DNA of 47,560 nucleotides from a virus. Its lineage: Duplodnaviria; Caudoviricetes. Made by a program: the position numbers and the translations under genes. Where the stretch lies: the IMG/VR virus record IMGVR_UViG_3300025018_000022, positions 1 through 47,560 of that record, one strand, 5' to 3'. Of this stretch, positions 1 through 9,082 are shown in pieces (position 1 is the first letter of the stretch; each line of letters begins with the position of its first letter). The notes below the pieces were generated by a model. The model did no database searches and was not told the origin of the DNA. It worked only from the letters and a program-made list of their open reading frames with translations.

Positions 1-127
1 GCAAGGATACTACAAAAGAGGTGACCCGTATATCCAAGGAGGCGTCTGATGCACGGAGTGAGGTTGGTAGCCTTAGCGACGCTGGGGTTGATCAGCGCTT
101 GCACGACATTGGTGGATTCCGAACCGA
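1..127. repeat. Terminal direct repeat, left copy (circular assembly overlap)
   Basis: 1-127 is identical to 47434-47560. The i-spanin ORF reads in frame across the junction, so the contig is circular or permuted. Confidence 0.95.
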
Positions 128-249
128 TAAGTAGGACTTGGTGTACAGAGCTAGGTGAAAGACTAGTATACGCCAGAGAGAACAACAGTCCAGAGCAGAA
201 AAGAGAAATACTAGAACTTCAGCTTTGGTACAAGAAGGTTTGCGGGTAG
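49..249 (+). CDS. Rz1-like outer-membrane lipoprotein (o-spanin)
   Basis: Short protein with a hydrophobic leader and lipobox (LGLISA-C). Overlaps the 3' end of the i-spanin in another frame and lies downstream of the holin. Confidence 0.7.
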   Translation: MHGVRLVALATLGLISACTTLVDSEPISRTWCTELGERLVYARENNSPEQKREILELQLWYKKVCG

Positions 250-266
250 AACGGAGATAAGAAATA

Positions 267-413
267 ATGGCCCTACAAAATCCAAAGAAACCATTCAAGA
301 TTGGAGCAACACGCAAGAGTATCCTGAATACTAAGCGTAAGGACCCTTCTCGTCAGAAACCTCCTGCTCCCTCCTTCAAGCTTCGTACACGTTTGCCCAG
401 GAATGTTGGGTAA
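267..413 (+). CDS. Small basic Lys/Arg/Pro-rich protein (48 aa)
   Basis: Hand-translated MALQNPKKPFKIGATRKSILNTKRKDPSRQKPPAPSFKLRTRLPRNVG. GGAG lies upstream and the ORF fills the gap between neighbours. Confidence 0.55.
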   Translation: MALQNPKKPFKIGATRKSILNTKRKDPSRQKPPAPSFKLRTRLPRNVG

Positions 414-418
414 GGTGT

Positions 419-829
419 ATGGTGTGGACCTTTGAAGACAAAGGGTTAAGCCGGGTACTCCTAAGATTTGCTTGGGGGCCTAGGCGTGTAACTTCAAGAA
501 AAAGATACGGAACCTTGCAGAAAGCCTACCCATCCCAAGTCTCTGCTGCCCCAAGTTTATGGCTTAGATGGTGGAAAGAGGGGATCACAAATTGGCTGTT
601 CTGGCGGGTACAAATAGTTCTACCCCCTAGTAAGGCTAACGCCAGGATAACTGAAGCTCTGAAAGCTACCAACCAAATTGAGCCCAAAGAAAAGGTTGAC
701 CAAACAAAGATTGATCTTTTGACCTCTGAGAGAGAAAAGCATAGGTCTTCTAAAAATTTTATTGAAGCGGATCGTATCCGAGATGAGCTTTTAGAACTTG
801 GTGTTACTGTCAAAGATGGAAGAGTATGA
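419..829 (+). CDS. Hypothetical protein with C-terminal CysRS anticodon-binding-like domain
   Basis: C-terminus IDLLTSEREKHRSSKNFIEADRIRDELLELGVTVKD matches the pattern R..AR..K.F..AD.IRD.L...G....D of cysteinyl-tRNA synthetase C-termini. ATGA overlap with the next gene. Confidence 0.6.
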   Translation: MVWTFEDKGLSRVLLRFAWGPRRVTSRKRYGTLQKAYPSQVSAAPSLWLRWWKEGITNWLFWRVQIVLPPSKANARITEALKATNQIEPKEKVDQTKIDLLTSEREKHRSSKNFIEADRIRDELLELGVTVKDGRV

Positions 830-1050
830 AAGAAGCTTGGTACAAGACTGGTGGGGGCGACAGAGACCAGATCAAGAATGACGTAGCCCTAGGTGCTCGC
901 GCATTCGAACGACTTGAGAAGTTGCTATCAGCCAAACTTAAGAGCCCACCCAAAGATTACAGTATTTCTAATTGGGCTTATCTTATGGCAGATACCAACG
1001 GGTATAACCGGGCACTAACCGAAGTGCTAGAGTTAATTAAAGGAGACTGA
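826..1050 (+). CDS. Conserved hypothetical protein upstream of scaffold
   Basis: DY..SNWAY..AD.NGYNRAL motif, which I recall for a small pre-scaffold protein of related podoviruses. Tight operon packing. Confidence 0.7.
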   Translation: MKEAWYKTGGGDRDQIKNDVALGARAFERLEKLLSAKLKSPPKDYSISNWAYLMADTNGYNRALTEVLELIKGD

Positions 1051-1055
1051 TAACC

Positions 1056-1817
1056 ATGTCAGTGTTTAAGGAAGCCGAAACCACGGACTCCGAAGAGCTT
1101 CGTATCGACTCGTATGTACAGAAGCTTATAGAAGAGAAGGGTGATAGCTGGAGTGATCCAGAGACTATCGCCAAAGGAAAGTACGAGGCTGACCGATTCA
1201 TCGAACAGCTAAAGCGTCAGAACGAAGAGCTTAAAGCTGACCTTAGCAATTCGCAGAAGATCGACCAGTTGATGGAAATGATAAAGAACCAGAACAAGTC
1301 CCCCGCGTCTGGCGGTGGTTCGCACCAGACCGAAGTTAGCCTTTCTCATACCGAGAAGGAAGAACTTTCTGAAGAGACACTTAGAGGCTTGATTGCTGAG
1401 CACGTTTCTCAGCGCGAACAGGAAACCACACGCCAGAAGAATCTGAACGAGGTTGATTCCGTGTTGCAGAGCAAATATGGGACAGCGGCTAATTCCGTTG
1501 TTAACCAGAAAGCAAGGGAACTCGGTATGTCTCTGAAGGATTTGGAGGAGATGGCCGCTAAAACCCCTAAGGCTTTCCTCCGTCTGGTTGCTCCTGACTC
1601 TTCCACCAAAGAGAGTCCAGTCACAGTGGGTACCAGCCAGCGCTCTGAGGGCGTATCTAATCGTAAGACCGGGACGAGGGACTGGAGTTATTACCAAGAC
1701 CTCCGACGTAAGAGCAAGTCTCAGTACTACTCTTCTCAGGTTCAGCAGCAGATGCTACGGGACCTTAAGGAGATGGGTAAGGAGGCATTCTACGGACCCG
1801 GTTACAACTCTATGTAA
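1056..1817 (+). CDS. Capsid scaffolding protein
   Basis: Charged, coiled-coil-like 253 aa protein immediately before the major capsid gene. AAGGAG SD. Confidence 0.75.
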   Translation: MSVFKEAETTDSEELRIDSYVQKLIEEKGDSWSDPETIAKGKYEADRFIEQLKRQNEELKADLSNSQKIDQLMEMIKNQNKSPASGGGSHQTEVSLSHTEKEELSEETLRGLIAEHVSQREQETTRQKNLNEVDSVLQSKYGTAANSVVNQKARELGMSLKDLEEMAAKTPKAFLRLVAPDSSTKESPVTVGTSQRSEGVSNRKTGTRDWSYYQDLRRKSKSQYYSSQVQQQMLRDLKEMGKEAFYGPGYNSM

Positions 1818-1833
1818 CTAGGAGAGATGCAAA

Positions 1834-2772
1834 ATGCACACTACCGCTAATTCGCAGCTCCTTGTTCGTCAGGAAGTTTACTCTAACGAACTCAAGGAGA
1901 TTCTGCGTGATGAACTGGCTGCCATGCAGTATGTTAACTGGATGACAGACTTCCCGGATGGTAACACGTTTACTATCCCCAGCATCGGCACCGGCGATGT
2001 GGACGACTACCAGGAAGACGAGGCGATTGTGTATCGTCCTCTGGATACTGGCGAGTTCCAGTTCACCATCACCGAGTACCTGTCGAGTGGTAACTACGTC
2101 ACCGAGAAGGCGATGCAGGATATGTTCTACGCCAACCAGCTTCTGTCGAAGTTCGTTCCTGAGCAGGAGCGCGCTCTGATGGTTCGTTTGGAGGGCGATA
2201 TCCTGAAGAAAGGTCCTGATGGCCAGACTGCTGCCAGCACCAACCTGATCAACGGTGAGAAGCACCGCTTTGTCGGTACTGGTACGAGCAACACGATGTC
2301 TGTTGAGGACTTCGCCCGCGCTCGTCTTTCGCTGAAGAAGGCGAATGTGCCGGACACCAACCTGGTCGCTATCGTTGATCCGTCGGTTGAGTACACGCTC
2401 AATACCTCGACGAATCTGGTGAACATCTCGAACAACCCGCGTTGGGAAGGTATCGTCTCTGATGGTATCGCTACCGGCATGAAGTTTGTGAAGAATGTTT
2501 ACGGCTTCGACGTTTGGACCAGCAACCACCTGAAGGTTAACGCCGCAGAGACTCTTGAGTCGGTGGCCATCTCGGGCTTTGTTAACAACCTGTTCTTCTC
2601 GGCGGCTCCGGGCATCCAGCCTATTGTCGGCGCGTGGCGGCAGATGCCGAAGGTTGATAGCGAGTTCGATATGGACAAGCAGCGCACGAAGTTCGCCACC
2701 ACGGCGCGCTACGGTCTTGCTCTGTTCCGTCCTGAGAACATGGTTGTCGTTCCTTCTTACACTTCTGTTTAA
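1834..2772 (+). CDS. Major capsid protein
   Basis: 312 aa with FPDGNTFTIPSIG, GEFQFTITEY and ARYG..L.RPEN motifs. Strong codon bias and position after the scaffold gene. Confidence 0.88.
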   Translation: MHTTANSQLLVRQEVYSNELKEILRDELAAMQYVNWMTDFPDGNTFTIPSIGTGDVDDYQEDEAIVYRPLDTGEFQFTITEYLSSGNYVTEKAMQDMFYANQLLSKFVPEQERALMVRLEGDILKKGPDGQTAASTNLINGEKHRFVGTGTSNTMSVEDFARARLSLKKANVPDTNLVAIVDPSVEYTLNTSTNLVNISNNPRWEGIVSDGIATGMKFVKNVYGFDVWTSNHLKVNAAETLESVAISGFVNNLFFSAAPGIQPIVGAWRQMPKVDSEFDMDKQRTKFATTARYGLALFRPENMVVVPSYTSV

Positions 2773-2788
2773 CAAGGAGGGAATATAG

Positions 2789-3301
2789 ATGACTAACACT
2801 GTTTGGACTAATGCTGACGGCCTCCAGGTCCGCTTCGGCCAGACGCAGGCTCGGGAAACCAAGTCTCTTATGGCTAAGACCTGGGATGTAGGCCCGAAGA
2901 GCTACATGCAGGTGGACATCAACTATGATGATCTGCCTACATTTACCGCTGACCTCAACAACGACGGCACCAACGAAGCCTTCTCTGACCAGGATGCTTA
3001 TATCCCGGCTGGCTCTCTGATTACCGGTGCCTGGCTTCTGGTTGAGACTGCGTTTGCTGGTGGTACTTCGTACAACATCGGTACCTACAACCAGGCTGGC
3101 ACTGTGATTGATGCTGACGGCATTGATGCTGCAGTGGCTACGGCTGCTCTGGCGGCTAACCTGGCTGTTGTGTGCAACGGTGCCCAGGTTGGGGGTACTG
3201 CTCTGATTACCTCGGACGCTTATCTGGTTGTGGCTGCTACTGGCACGTTCACGGCTGGTAAGATGAAGCTGGTTATCGAGTACATCCAGGTTGCCCCGTA
3301 A
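2789..3301 (+). CDS. Virion structural protein (capsid decoration-like)
   Basis: Follows the capsid gene with AAGGAGG SD. W.NADGL.V.FG start, Ala/Gly/Thr-rich beta composition, ends GKMKLVIEY. Confidence 0.7.
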   Translation: MTNTVWTNADGLQVRFGQTQARETKSLMAKTWDVGPKSYMQVDINYDDLPTFTADLNNDGTNEAFSDQDAYIPAGSLITGAWLLVETAFAGGTSYNIGTYNQAGTVIDADGIDAAVATAALAANLAVVCNGAQVGGTALITSDAYLVVAATGTFTAGKMKLVIEYIQVAP

Positions 3302-3549
3302 TGGCTAACCCGGTAAAAGGAAACACCCAGCTCGCAGATAAGTCTGGCGACGGCATGATTGCTGATCGGCAGGCTGCTATCCCACTCGTTGTCGACGCCC
3401 TTGACGGGGCAGCCCTGACCGGGGCTACGTTGACTACGAGTGCTACGCCCACTGTTGATGAGCTTGAGGCTAACGATGGTGTGCTTGGCGGCAAGATCAA
3501 TGCTATCATCGCAGTTCTTGAAGCCCACGGGCTTGTAACCGCTAACTAA
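3301..3549 (+). CDS. Small virion protein (head fibre/decoration-like)
   Basis: TAATG overlap. Ends KINAIIAVLEAHGLV, typical of a head-fibre trimerisation helix. Confidence 0.6.
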   Translation: MANPVKGNTQLADKSGDGMIADRQAAIPLVVDALDGAALTGATLTTSATPTVDELEANDGVLGGKINAIIAVLEAHGLVTAN

Positions 3550-3604
3550 AGTGCCTACGGCCAGGGGGGAGCCGCTAATCCCCCCACCTAGCCCTTAGGG
3601 CACC

Positions 3605-3625
3605 GGCTCTGTGAGCCTTTATTTT
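3605..3625 (+). terminator. Intrinsic terminator after head genes
   Basis: GGCTC-TGT-GAGCC stem followed by TTTATTTT. Preceded by a GGGGGGA/TCCCCCC hairpin. Confidence 0.65.
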
Positions 3626-3639
3626 CTCAGGAGGTAGGC

Positions 3640-4920
3640 TTGGCCAATATTCAACACAATGCTCTGACTGACCCAAAGATTCACGAGCCCAAAGGGGTGG
3701 CGACAGCTTTAGCTAACAGCGTGTATGTCGCTGACGGAGCTGGGTCTGGAGATTGGACCGAGATTACCGAAAACAATATTAACCTGATCCACACCGCCTC
3801 AGACCTACCCACGGCCTCGGGCGGTGCTCGTACGCTTGCAGCTAACACTGTCTACCATATTGTAGGGCAGGTAGACATCGGCTCGGATCGCTTGATTCTT
3901 TCTAACAACACTGTAATCAAAGGTACCAACCAGGATTTCGACGAGATTACTTCGACTACTACTGGTGCTCTGATTACCCAGACTGATGTTAACGCTCGCC
4001 TGAATCAAGTCAAACTTACCTGTGCTTCTGGTACCCTCTTTGATATCGACGGCACCGGCTCTCAGACTACTGACTGGATCAGGGTTAATGCTACCTGTGA
4101 TACTATCGGAGATATCGACAACCTCGGCAACATCGACATGTTCCGTAGTTCCTTTTTTGCTACCAGTTCTGGTATGACTCTTACCGGAGCCCATGGTGAT
4201 TTTGAGATTGATGATTGCTCGGTTAGTGTTACAGCAGTAAACGGCACTTGTGTTGATCTTGGAACGGCCACCTTCAACCACGTGAGGCTGACGAATAGTG
4301 AGTTTGGGAATCCTACCGGTACTGGCTATGGGGTAGATATTGCCCCTGCTGGAGCTAACATGAATAGCACCAGGATCGGGTTTATCACTGCTTGTGATTT
4401 TGAGAGTCGAAGTAATGCTACAAATTATGTTGAGGGTGATGACAACTGGGAAATAACTGCTTCCCTCGGTGTGTCTCCTTCTACGTCAAAGGCTCAAGGA
4501 AGTGTGAATGGTAACGCGAATGCTAACGCCTTCGGTGGTGGTGTCGGGGTTCCCGAGGTAGTAAACTTCGGAACCAGCTTTGTTAGTGATATTGCGGATA
4601 AGTTTACCATTTCTACCGCAGGCAGGTTTACCTATACTGGTATCCTGGCCACTCTTGTCCGTGTTTCTGTAACCTCTTTTGTGACCATGGGTGGTGGTGC
4701 TGCCAGATTTCGGAACATGTATATCGCCAAGAATGGAACTGTTGTCACTTCCAGTATCGCTACCCAAAGGCTTGATGGTACAAACGCCGCAACCATGGTT
4801 TGCAACTCACTTGTCTCCCTGGCTACTAACGACTACGTAGAACTGTTCATCGAGGCTGAAACTGCTGTTACAGCCACCACTGTAGATACCGCCAGCATCA
4901 TTGTTGTAGAGGCACAGTAA
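3640..4920 (+). CDS. Virion fibre/spike-like protein
   Basis: TTG start with AGGAGG SD. N-terminal H..LTDP.IHEPKG motif, Thr/Gly/Asn-rich beta-helix-like middle, C1q-like C-terminus (LATNDYVELF). Confidence 0.65.
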   Translation: MANIQHNALTDPKIHEPKGVATALANSVYVADGAGSGDWTEITENNINLIHTASDLPTASGGARTLAANTVYHIVGQVDIGSDRLILSNNTVIKGTNQDFDEITSTTTGALITQTDVNARLNQVKLTCASGTLFDIDGTGSQTTDWIRVNATCDTIGDIDNLGNIDMFRSSFFATSSGMTLTGAHGDFEIDDCSVSVTAVNGTCVDLGTATFNHVRLTNSEFGNPTGTGYGVDIAPAGANMNSTRIGFITACDFESRSNATNYVEGDDNWEITASLGVSPSTSKAQGSVNGNANANAFGGGVGVPEVVNFGTSFVSDIADKFTISTAGRFTYTGILATLVRVSVTSFVTMGGGAARFRNMYIAKNGTVVTSSIATQRLDGTNAATMVCNSLVSLATNDYVELFIEAETAVTATTVDTASIIVVEAQ

Positions 4921-4924
4921 AGAG

Positions 4925-5674
4925 ATGGTAGCTATGAAAAAGACGCTGCTTGAGATTGTACAGGATGTCCTGTCTGATCTTGATGGTGACAGCGTTAACA
5001 GTATCAGCGATACAGAAGAGTCTGATCAGGTAACTGATATCGTTATCAGCACCTACTTCGATCTTATCTCTGACAGGGTGATTCCTGAGAACTTTGATAT
5101 CTTCACTCTGGATGCTTTGGCTGATAGTACACGCCCTACCCACTTAACCCTTCCGTCTAACATATCAATCATCAAGAGGTTTTGGTACAACAAGAGTACG
5201 ACTGGTGAGAAGGACTATGACGAAATCCACTATATGGACCCGCTGGATTTCCTGAGTAAGCTTAACCACAGGAACAGCGGGAGTAGCTCTATTACCACTT
5301 CTCTTAGCCTCACAGACAGTACCCCTCTGTTGGTATTCAACGACAGGATGCCTATCTACTACACCTCTTTTGATAACGAGCATATCGTCTGTGATGCCTA
5401 CGACTCTACTGTAGACACTACCCTGCAGTCCAGCAAGACTCAGGGATACGGGGAATTGATTCCTACGGTAACCCGTAGCGACTCCTTCATTTTTGATATG
5501 GAGTCAAAGTATTTCCCTTACCTGATTGCTGAAGCTAAGTCTACAGCCTTCTCTATCCTCCAGAAGACGATGAACCCTAAGATCGAACAGAGGGCTCGTA
5601 GGCACAAGAGCTTTATCCAGAAAGAGAAGTACCGGCTAGGGGAGCCAGACACCAGGAGAAACTATGGTCGTTAA
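4925..5674 (+). CDS. Tail tubular protein A / adaptor (T7 gp11-like)
   Basis: MKKTLLEIVQ.VLS..D.D.VNSI.DT.ES.QV N-terminus (start may be 4934). Size and position before the nozzle gene fit. Confidence 0.75.
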   Translation: MVAMKKTLLEIVQDVLSDLDGDSVNSISDTEESDQVTDIVISTYFDLISDRVIPENFDIFTLDALADSTRPTHLTLPSNISIIKRFWYNKSTTGEKDYDEIHYMDPLDFLSKLNHRNSGSSSITTSLSLTDSTPLLVFNDRMPIYYTSFDNEHIVCDAYDSTVDTTLQSSKTQGYGELIPTVTRSDSFIFDMESKYFPYLIAEAKSTAFSILQKTMNPKIEQRARRHKSFIQKEKYRLGEPDTRRNYGR

Positions 5675-5984
5675 CGAAGACTTCGACAACAAGGTTTTGG
5701 TGGTAACCAGCGAGAAGAGAAAGAGGCAGCTAAGAGTTTTTGTTCCGAAGTTTGGTAACTACTCTTTCTGGCGCATCACCTACGAAGACGGAAATCACGT
5801 ACCAGGGTTAGAGGGTGTCTTCCTATCCAGGAGAGAAGCTTTAAGGGCAATAGAACTCTGGGAGAATAATACCAAGGTCTCAAGGGAAGTCTACCGAGAC
5901 GAGATATTCGGCCCCGCCAATCCTCCGGTCCTCAAGAGAAAGAATATCAAACGTGCCTCAGTCGATAAGCCAGAAGCCAGTTAA
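5664..5984 (+). CDS. Hypothetical protein
   Basis: AGGAG SD. Overlaps both neighbours in the tail operon. Confidence 0.6.
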   Translation: MVVNEDFDNKVLVVTSEKRKRQLRVFVPKFGNYSFWRITYEDGNHVPGLEGVFLSRREALRAIELWENNTKVSREVYRDEIFGPANPPVLKRKNIKRASVDKPEAS

Positions 5985-8136
5985 CACCTTTGTAGGGGGC
6001 CTTGTCACTGAGGCATCCCCTCTCACGTTTCCAGAGAATGCTTCTGTAGACGAGCTTAACTGCGACCTGAAGAGGACCGGTGTCAGGTCCAGGCGTCGTG
6101 GTATCGAGTTTGAAGAAGACTTTACACTTAGCTCTTTCACAGTAGCAAAGGGCTCTCTGGTCCACGAACTAACCTGGGAGAATGTTTCCAAGGAGACGGG
6201 CGTAGAATTCTTGGTCCTGCAGGTAGGAGCTATCCTATACTTCTACGACAAGTCTTCTGTGCCGCTGTCTGGTGGAGTCAAGTCCTCTGTTGTAAACCTT
6301 AATTCTTTCTCTGCAGGAAATGGGTTGGTTGTCTCTGAGCACCGTATTTCCGGTAGCAGTATTAACGGCCAGTTCGTACTTTGTTCCCCTGCCATCGAGA
6401 CTATTGTTCTTTCCTTTGACACTACCACAGAGGTTATCTCTTCTCAGCAGATCAACCCGAAGATCAGGGACTTTGAATGGCAGGGAGATACGACTACTTA
6501 TAACGTCTCTGTTTCAGCAGCCTCTGTTACCGACGCGAGGAAGTACGACACTCATAATGCAGGGTGGATTAACAGCAAGGCTTCGAAGGGGGTTCTTTCG
6601 GCTGTCACAGGGCTAGCTTATCCTGCCCTTACTCATCCGTGGTTTACCAGTAAAAACTCTGATGGTAATTTTGACTACGGTGGTTGGCTTAAGATTGGCG
6701 CTGGCAACACGTTGATCGGCAACGGCCACTTTATCCTGGACTTGTACAGCAAGGATCGTACTGCAGCTCTTGCTAGCAACCCTGACTCTACTGCTACTAT
6801 ATCTCTGCCTGTCGAGACTGAGACAGCCAGGTTCTCTACTGTAGCTGCCTTTGCAGGTAGGGTATGGCTGTCTGGTTTGAGTAGCACCAAGAACGGTTCT
6901 CGTGTATTCTTTTCTAAGGTTATCGAGAACGACTCAGACTTTGACAAGTTCTACCAGGTGGCTGATCCTACAGCAGAGGATATTAGTGATCTTATTGATA
7001 CGGATGGTGGTGTTGTTAACATCCCTGAGGCCAACAAGATTACAGCCTTATTCACTTGGTCTAGCTCTATCCTCGTATTCGCAGAGAACGGGGTGTGGGA
7101 GATCAAGGGCATAGACAACGTATTCAAAGCAACAGAATTTGCTGTTGCACGTGTTCGTAACACAGATGGACTGACTAACCCTGCCGCTCTTGTTAACGTA
7201 GAGGGCACTCCGCTTTGGTGGGGTAGAACTGGAATCTTCACTGTTGTAAGGGAGGATATCAGCCAAGGTCCTGACGGAAGAGACCTCACCAAGGATACAA
7301 TCCAGACCTTCTGGCAAGACATCGGAGCCAGCTTTCGGGCTGAGGCTAAGGGTGTGTATGATGCGCTGAATAAAAGGATATTTTGGCTCTACGGTAGTGA
7401 CTCTGTGACTGCCAACAAGTTTAACAACGTGCTTATCTTTGATATTACCCTTGGAGCCTTCTTCCCCTGGGCATTCGAAGACGAAGCCTCTAACACTAAC
7501 TACGTTGTAGGGGCCACATACTTCGAGGGCTTTGGCGCTGCGGATACAGTACTCGACGTGTTCGCTGATACAGACGATGTGGTACAAGATGCGGATGATG
7601 TAGTTGTAACTGTCTCTTCAGCAGTCTTTAACGACCAGACTGAAGTAAAGTTTATCGTCCGTGACGGAACCTCTGGTAAACTGACCTTTGCTACCTTGTC
7701 CAACACAGACTTTCTTGACTGGGGAACCGAGAGCTATTCCAGCTATGCTGAGGCTGGCTACGATTTTACGGGTGACCTTACAACCTATAAGAACTCTATC
7801 TACATCACCTGTTATTTTAATGTTACCGAGACTGGATTTACAGGAAACGACACTACTGGATATAACGCGCTTAACCCTAGTGGATGCTTCCTGAAAGCCT
7901 TTTGGGATCAAGACTCTTCTGCTTCCAGCAACAGGCAGGTCTACCGGTTTAACAGACCTATCACTGTAGATACAGGCAATCTTGGTTCCTTCAACTACCC
8001 TAACGCTTCTGTCGTGACCCGTAACAGAATACGGGGGCGTGGAAGAGTTCTGAAGCTGCGATTTGAAAGTGAAGAGGGTAAAGACTTTCAGTTGCAAGGC
8101 TACGAGGTGATCAATGCCAAAAACAACGGGTTTTAA
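5953..8136 (+). CDS. Tail tubular protein B / nozzle (T7 gp12-like)
   Basis: 727 aa beta-rich protein. N-terminal NTFVGGLVTEASPLTFP, C-terminal RGRGR.LKLRFESE.GKDF. Position fits. Confidence 0.78.
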   Translation: MPQSISQKPVNTFVGGLVTEASPLTFPENASVDELNCDLKRTGVRSRRRGIEFEEDFTLSSFTVAKGSLVHELTWENVSKETGVEFLVLQVGAILYFYDKSSVPLSGGVKSSVVNLNSFSAGNGLVVSEHRISGSSINGQFVLCSPAIETIVLSFDTTTEVISSQQINPKIRDFEWQGDTTTYNVSVSAASVTDARKYDTHNAGWINSKASKGVLSAVTGLAYPALTHPWFTSKNSDGNFDYGGWLKIGAGNTLIGNGHFILDLYSKDRTAALASNPDSTATISLPVETETARFSTVAAFAGRVWLSGLSSTKNGSRVFFSKVIENDSDFDKFYQVADPTAEDISDLIDTDGGVVNIPEANKITALFTWSSSILVFAENGVWEIKGIDNVFKATEFAVARVRNTDGLTNPAALVNVEGTPLWWGRTGIFTVVREDISQGPDGRDLTKDTIQTFWQDIGASFRAEAKGVYDALNKRIFWLYGSDSVTANKFNNVLIFDITLGAFFPWAFEDEASNTNYVVGATYFEGFGAADTVLDVFADTDDVVQDADDVVVTVSSAVFNDQTEVKFIVRDGTSGKLTFATLSNTDFLDWGTESYSSYAEAGYDFTGDLTTYKNSIYITCYFNVTETGFTGNDTTGYNALNPSGCFLKAFWDQDSSASSNRQVYRFNRPITVDTGNLGSFNYPNASVVTRNRIRGRGRVLKLRFESEEGKDFQLQGYEVINAKNNGF

Positions 8137-8587
8137 GGTAAGAGCCGGAACTAAAGACGATGCGTTCGACCTAGCCCTACTCGCTAAAGAATTTATAAAT
8201 GAATCAGGACATATAAAAATTCTAGGATTCAACGCCGAAAAAACAGTAAAGCTTATCGAGAGAATGGCTACAGAAAACATCTTTTATCTTAGTGTGTTGG
8301 AGAACGAGGATGGTCATATCGTAGGTGCTCTCGGCGGTTTGCTAACAGAATGCATGTTTTCTTTCTCTTTGCAAGCTACAGAACTCATGTGGTATGTAAC
8401 ACCTAGTGCTCGTGGAACAAAGGGTTCAATACAACTTCTGCTTGATTGGGAGCGTTGGGCCAAAATGAAGGGGGCTAAGGTCATAAGTATGATGAACCTT
8501 GAATCTGTGTCTCCAAGAGAAGTAGAGAAACTGTACGAGAAGATGAACTACAGTAAGACTGAGAATACTTTCACGAAGGAGTTATAA
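8114..8587 (+). CDS. GNAT-family acetyltransferase-like protein
   Basis: VRAGT.DD start, ELMWYVTPSARG motif, LYEKMNY..E end. Sits at the T7 gp13-like position. Confidence 0.75.
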   Translation: MPKTTGFKVRAGTKDDAFDLALLAKEFINESGHIKILGFNAEKTVKLIERMATENIFYLSVLENEDGHIVGALGGLLTECMFSFSLQATELMWYVTPSARGTKGSIQLLLDWERWAKMKGAKVISMMNLESVSPREVEKLYEKMNYSKTENTFTKEL

Positions 8588-8590
8588 GCC

Positions 8591-9082
8591 ATGGCTGTTG
8601 CAGCCGCTATCGCAGTCGCGGGTCTAGTTCTTAGTGCCGTAGGAACATTCCAATCCGCTAAAGCCCAGAAGAAGGCCGCCAAGAAGCAGGACAAGCTTAA
8701 TGCCCTGCAGGCCCAGAGGGAGCGTAGGCAGTCTATTCGAGAGGCCAGGATTCAGAGGGCTCAGGTATTGAACTCTGGTGTACAGGTTGGGGCCGGGGAT
8801 AGTTCTTCTGTAGCAGGAGGTATTTCTTCTGTAGCATCACAGCTAGGGAGTAACCTAGGCTTCAGTAACCAGACTGAAAAGCTGGGGAAGGCTATCAACA
8901 AAGACCTAAGGAGTGCTTCCAACTTTAGTGCTTTGGCAGGCTTTGGTGGTGCCTTGACTAGTTTCGGGTTTGGTGCAGGTGCTTTCCAGCCCAAGGCCAA
9001 TCCTGGGCCAGCCCCTAATCGGCCTCCTATCGGGGTTAATGCCGGTACTAGCCAAGGACCAGTAGCAGGAAGGCCGTTTTAA
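8591..9082 (+). CDS. Internal virion (ejection) protein, T7 gp14-like
   Basis: Hydrophobic Ala/Gly N-terminus followed by a Q/A/K/R-rich helix. Precedes the large internal proteins. Confidence 0.7.
   Translation: MAVAAAIAVAGLVLSAVGTFQSAKAQKKAAKKQDKLNALQAQRERRQSIREARIQRAQVLNSGVQVGAGDSSSVAGGISSVASQLGSNLGFSNQTEKLGKAINKDLRSASNFSALAGFGGALTSFGFGAGAFQPKANPGPAPNRPPIGVNAGTSQGPVAGRPF

Noticed and set aside
1810-2862. 350-aa antisense ORF opposite the capsid gene
   Set aside because: Shadow of strong codon bias in the capsid gene. No recognisable motifs, and it opposes the arm's direction.
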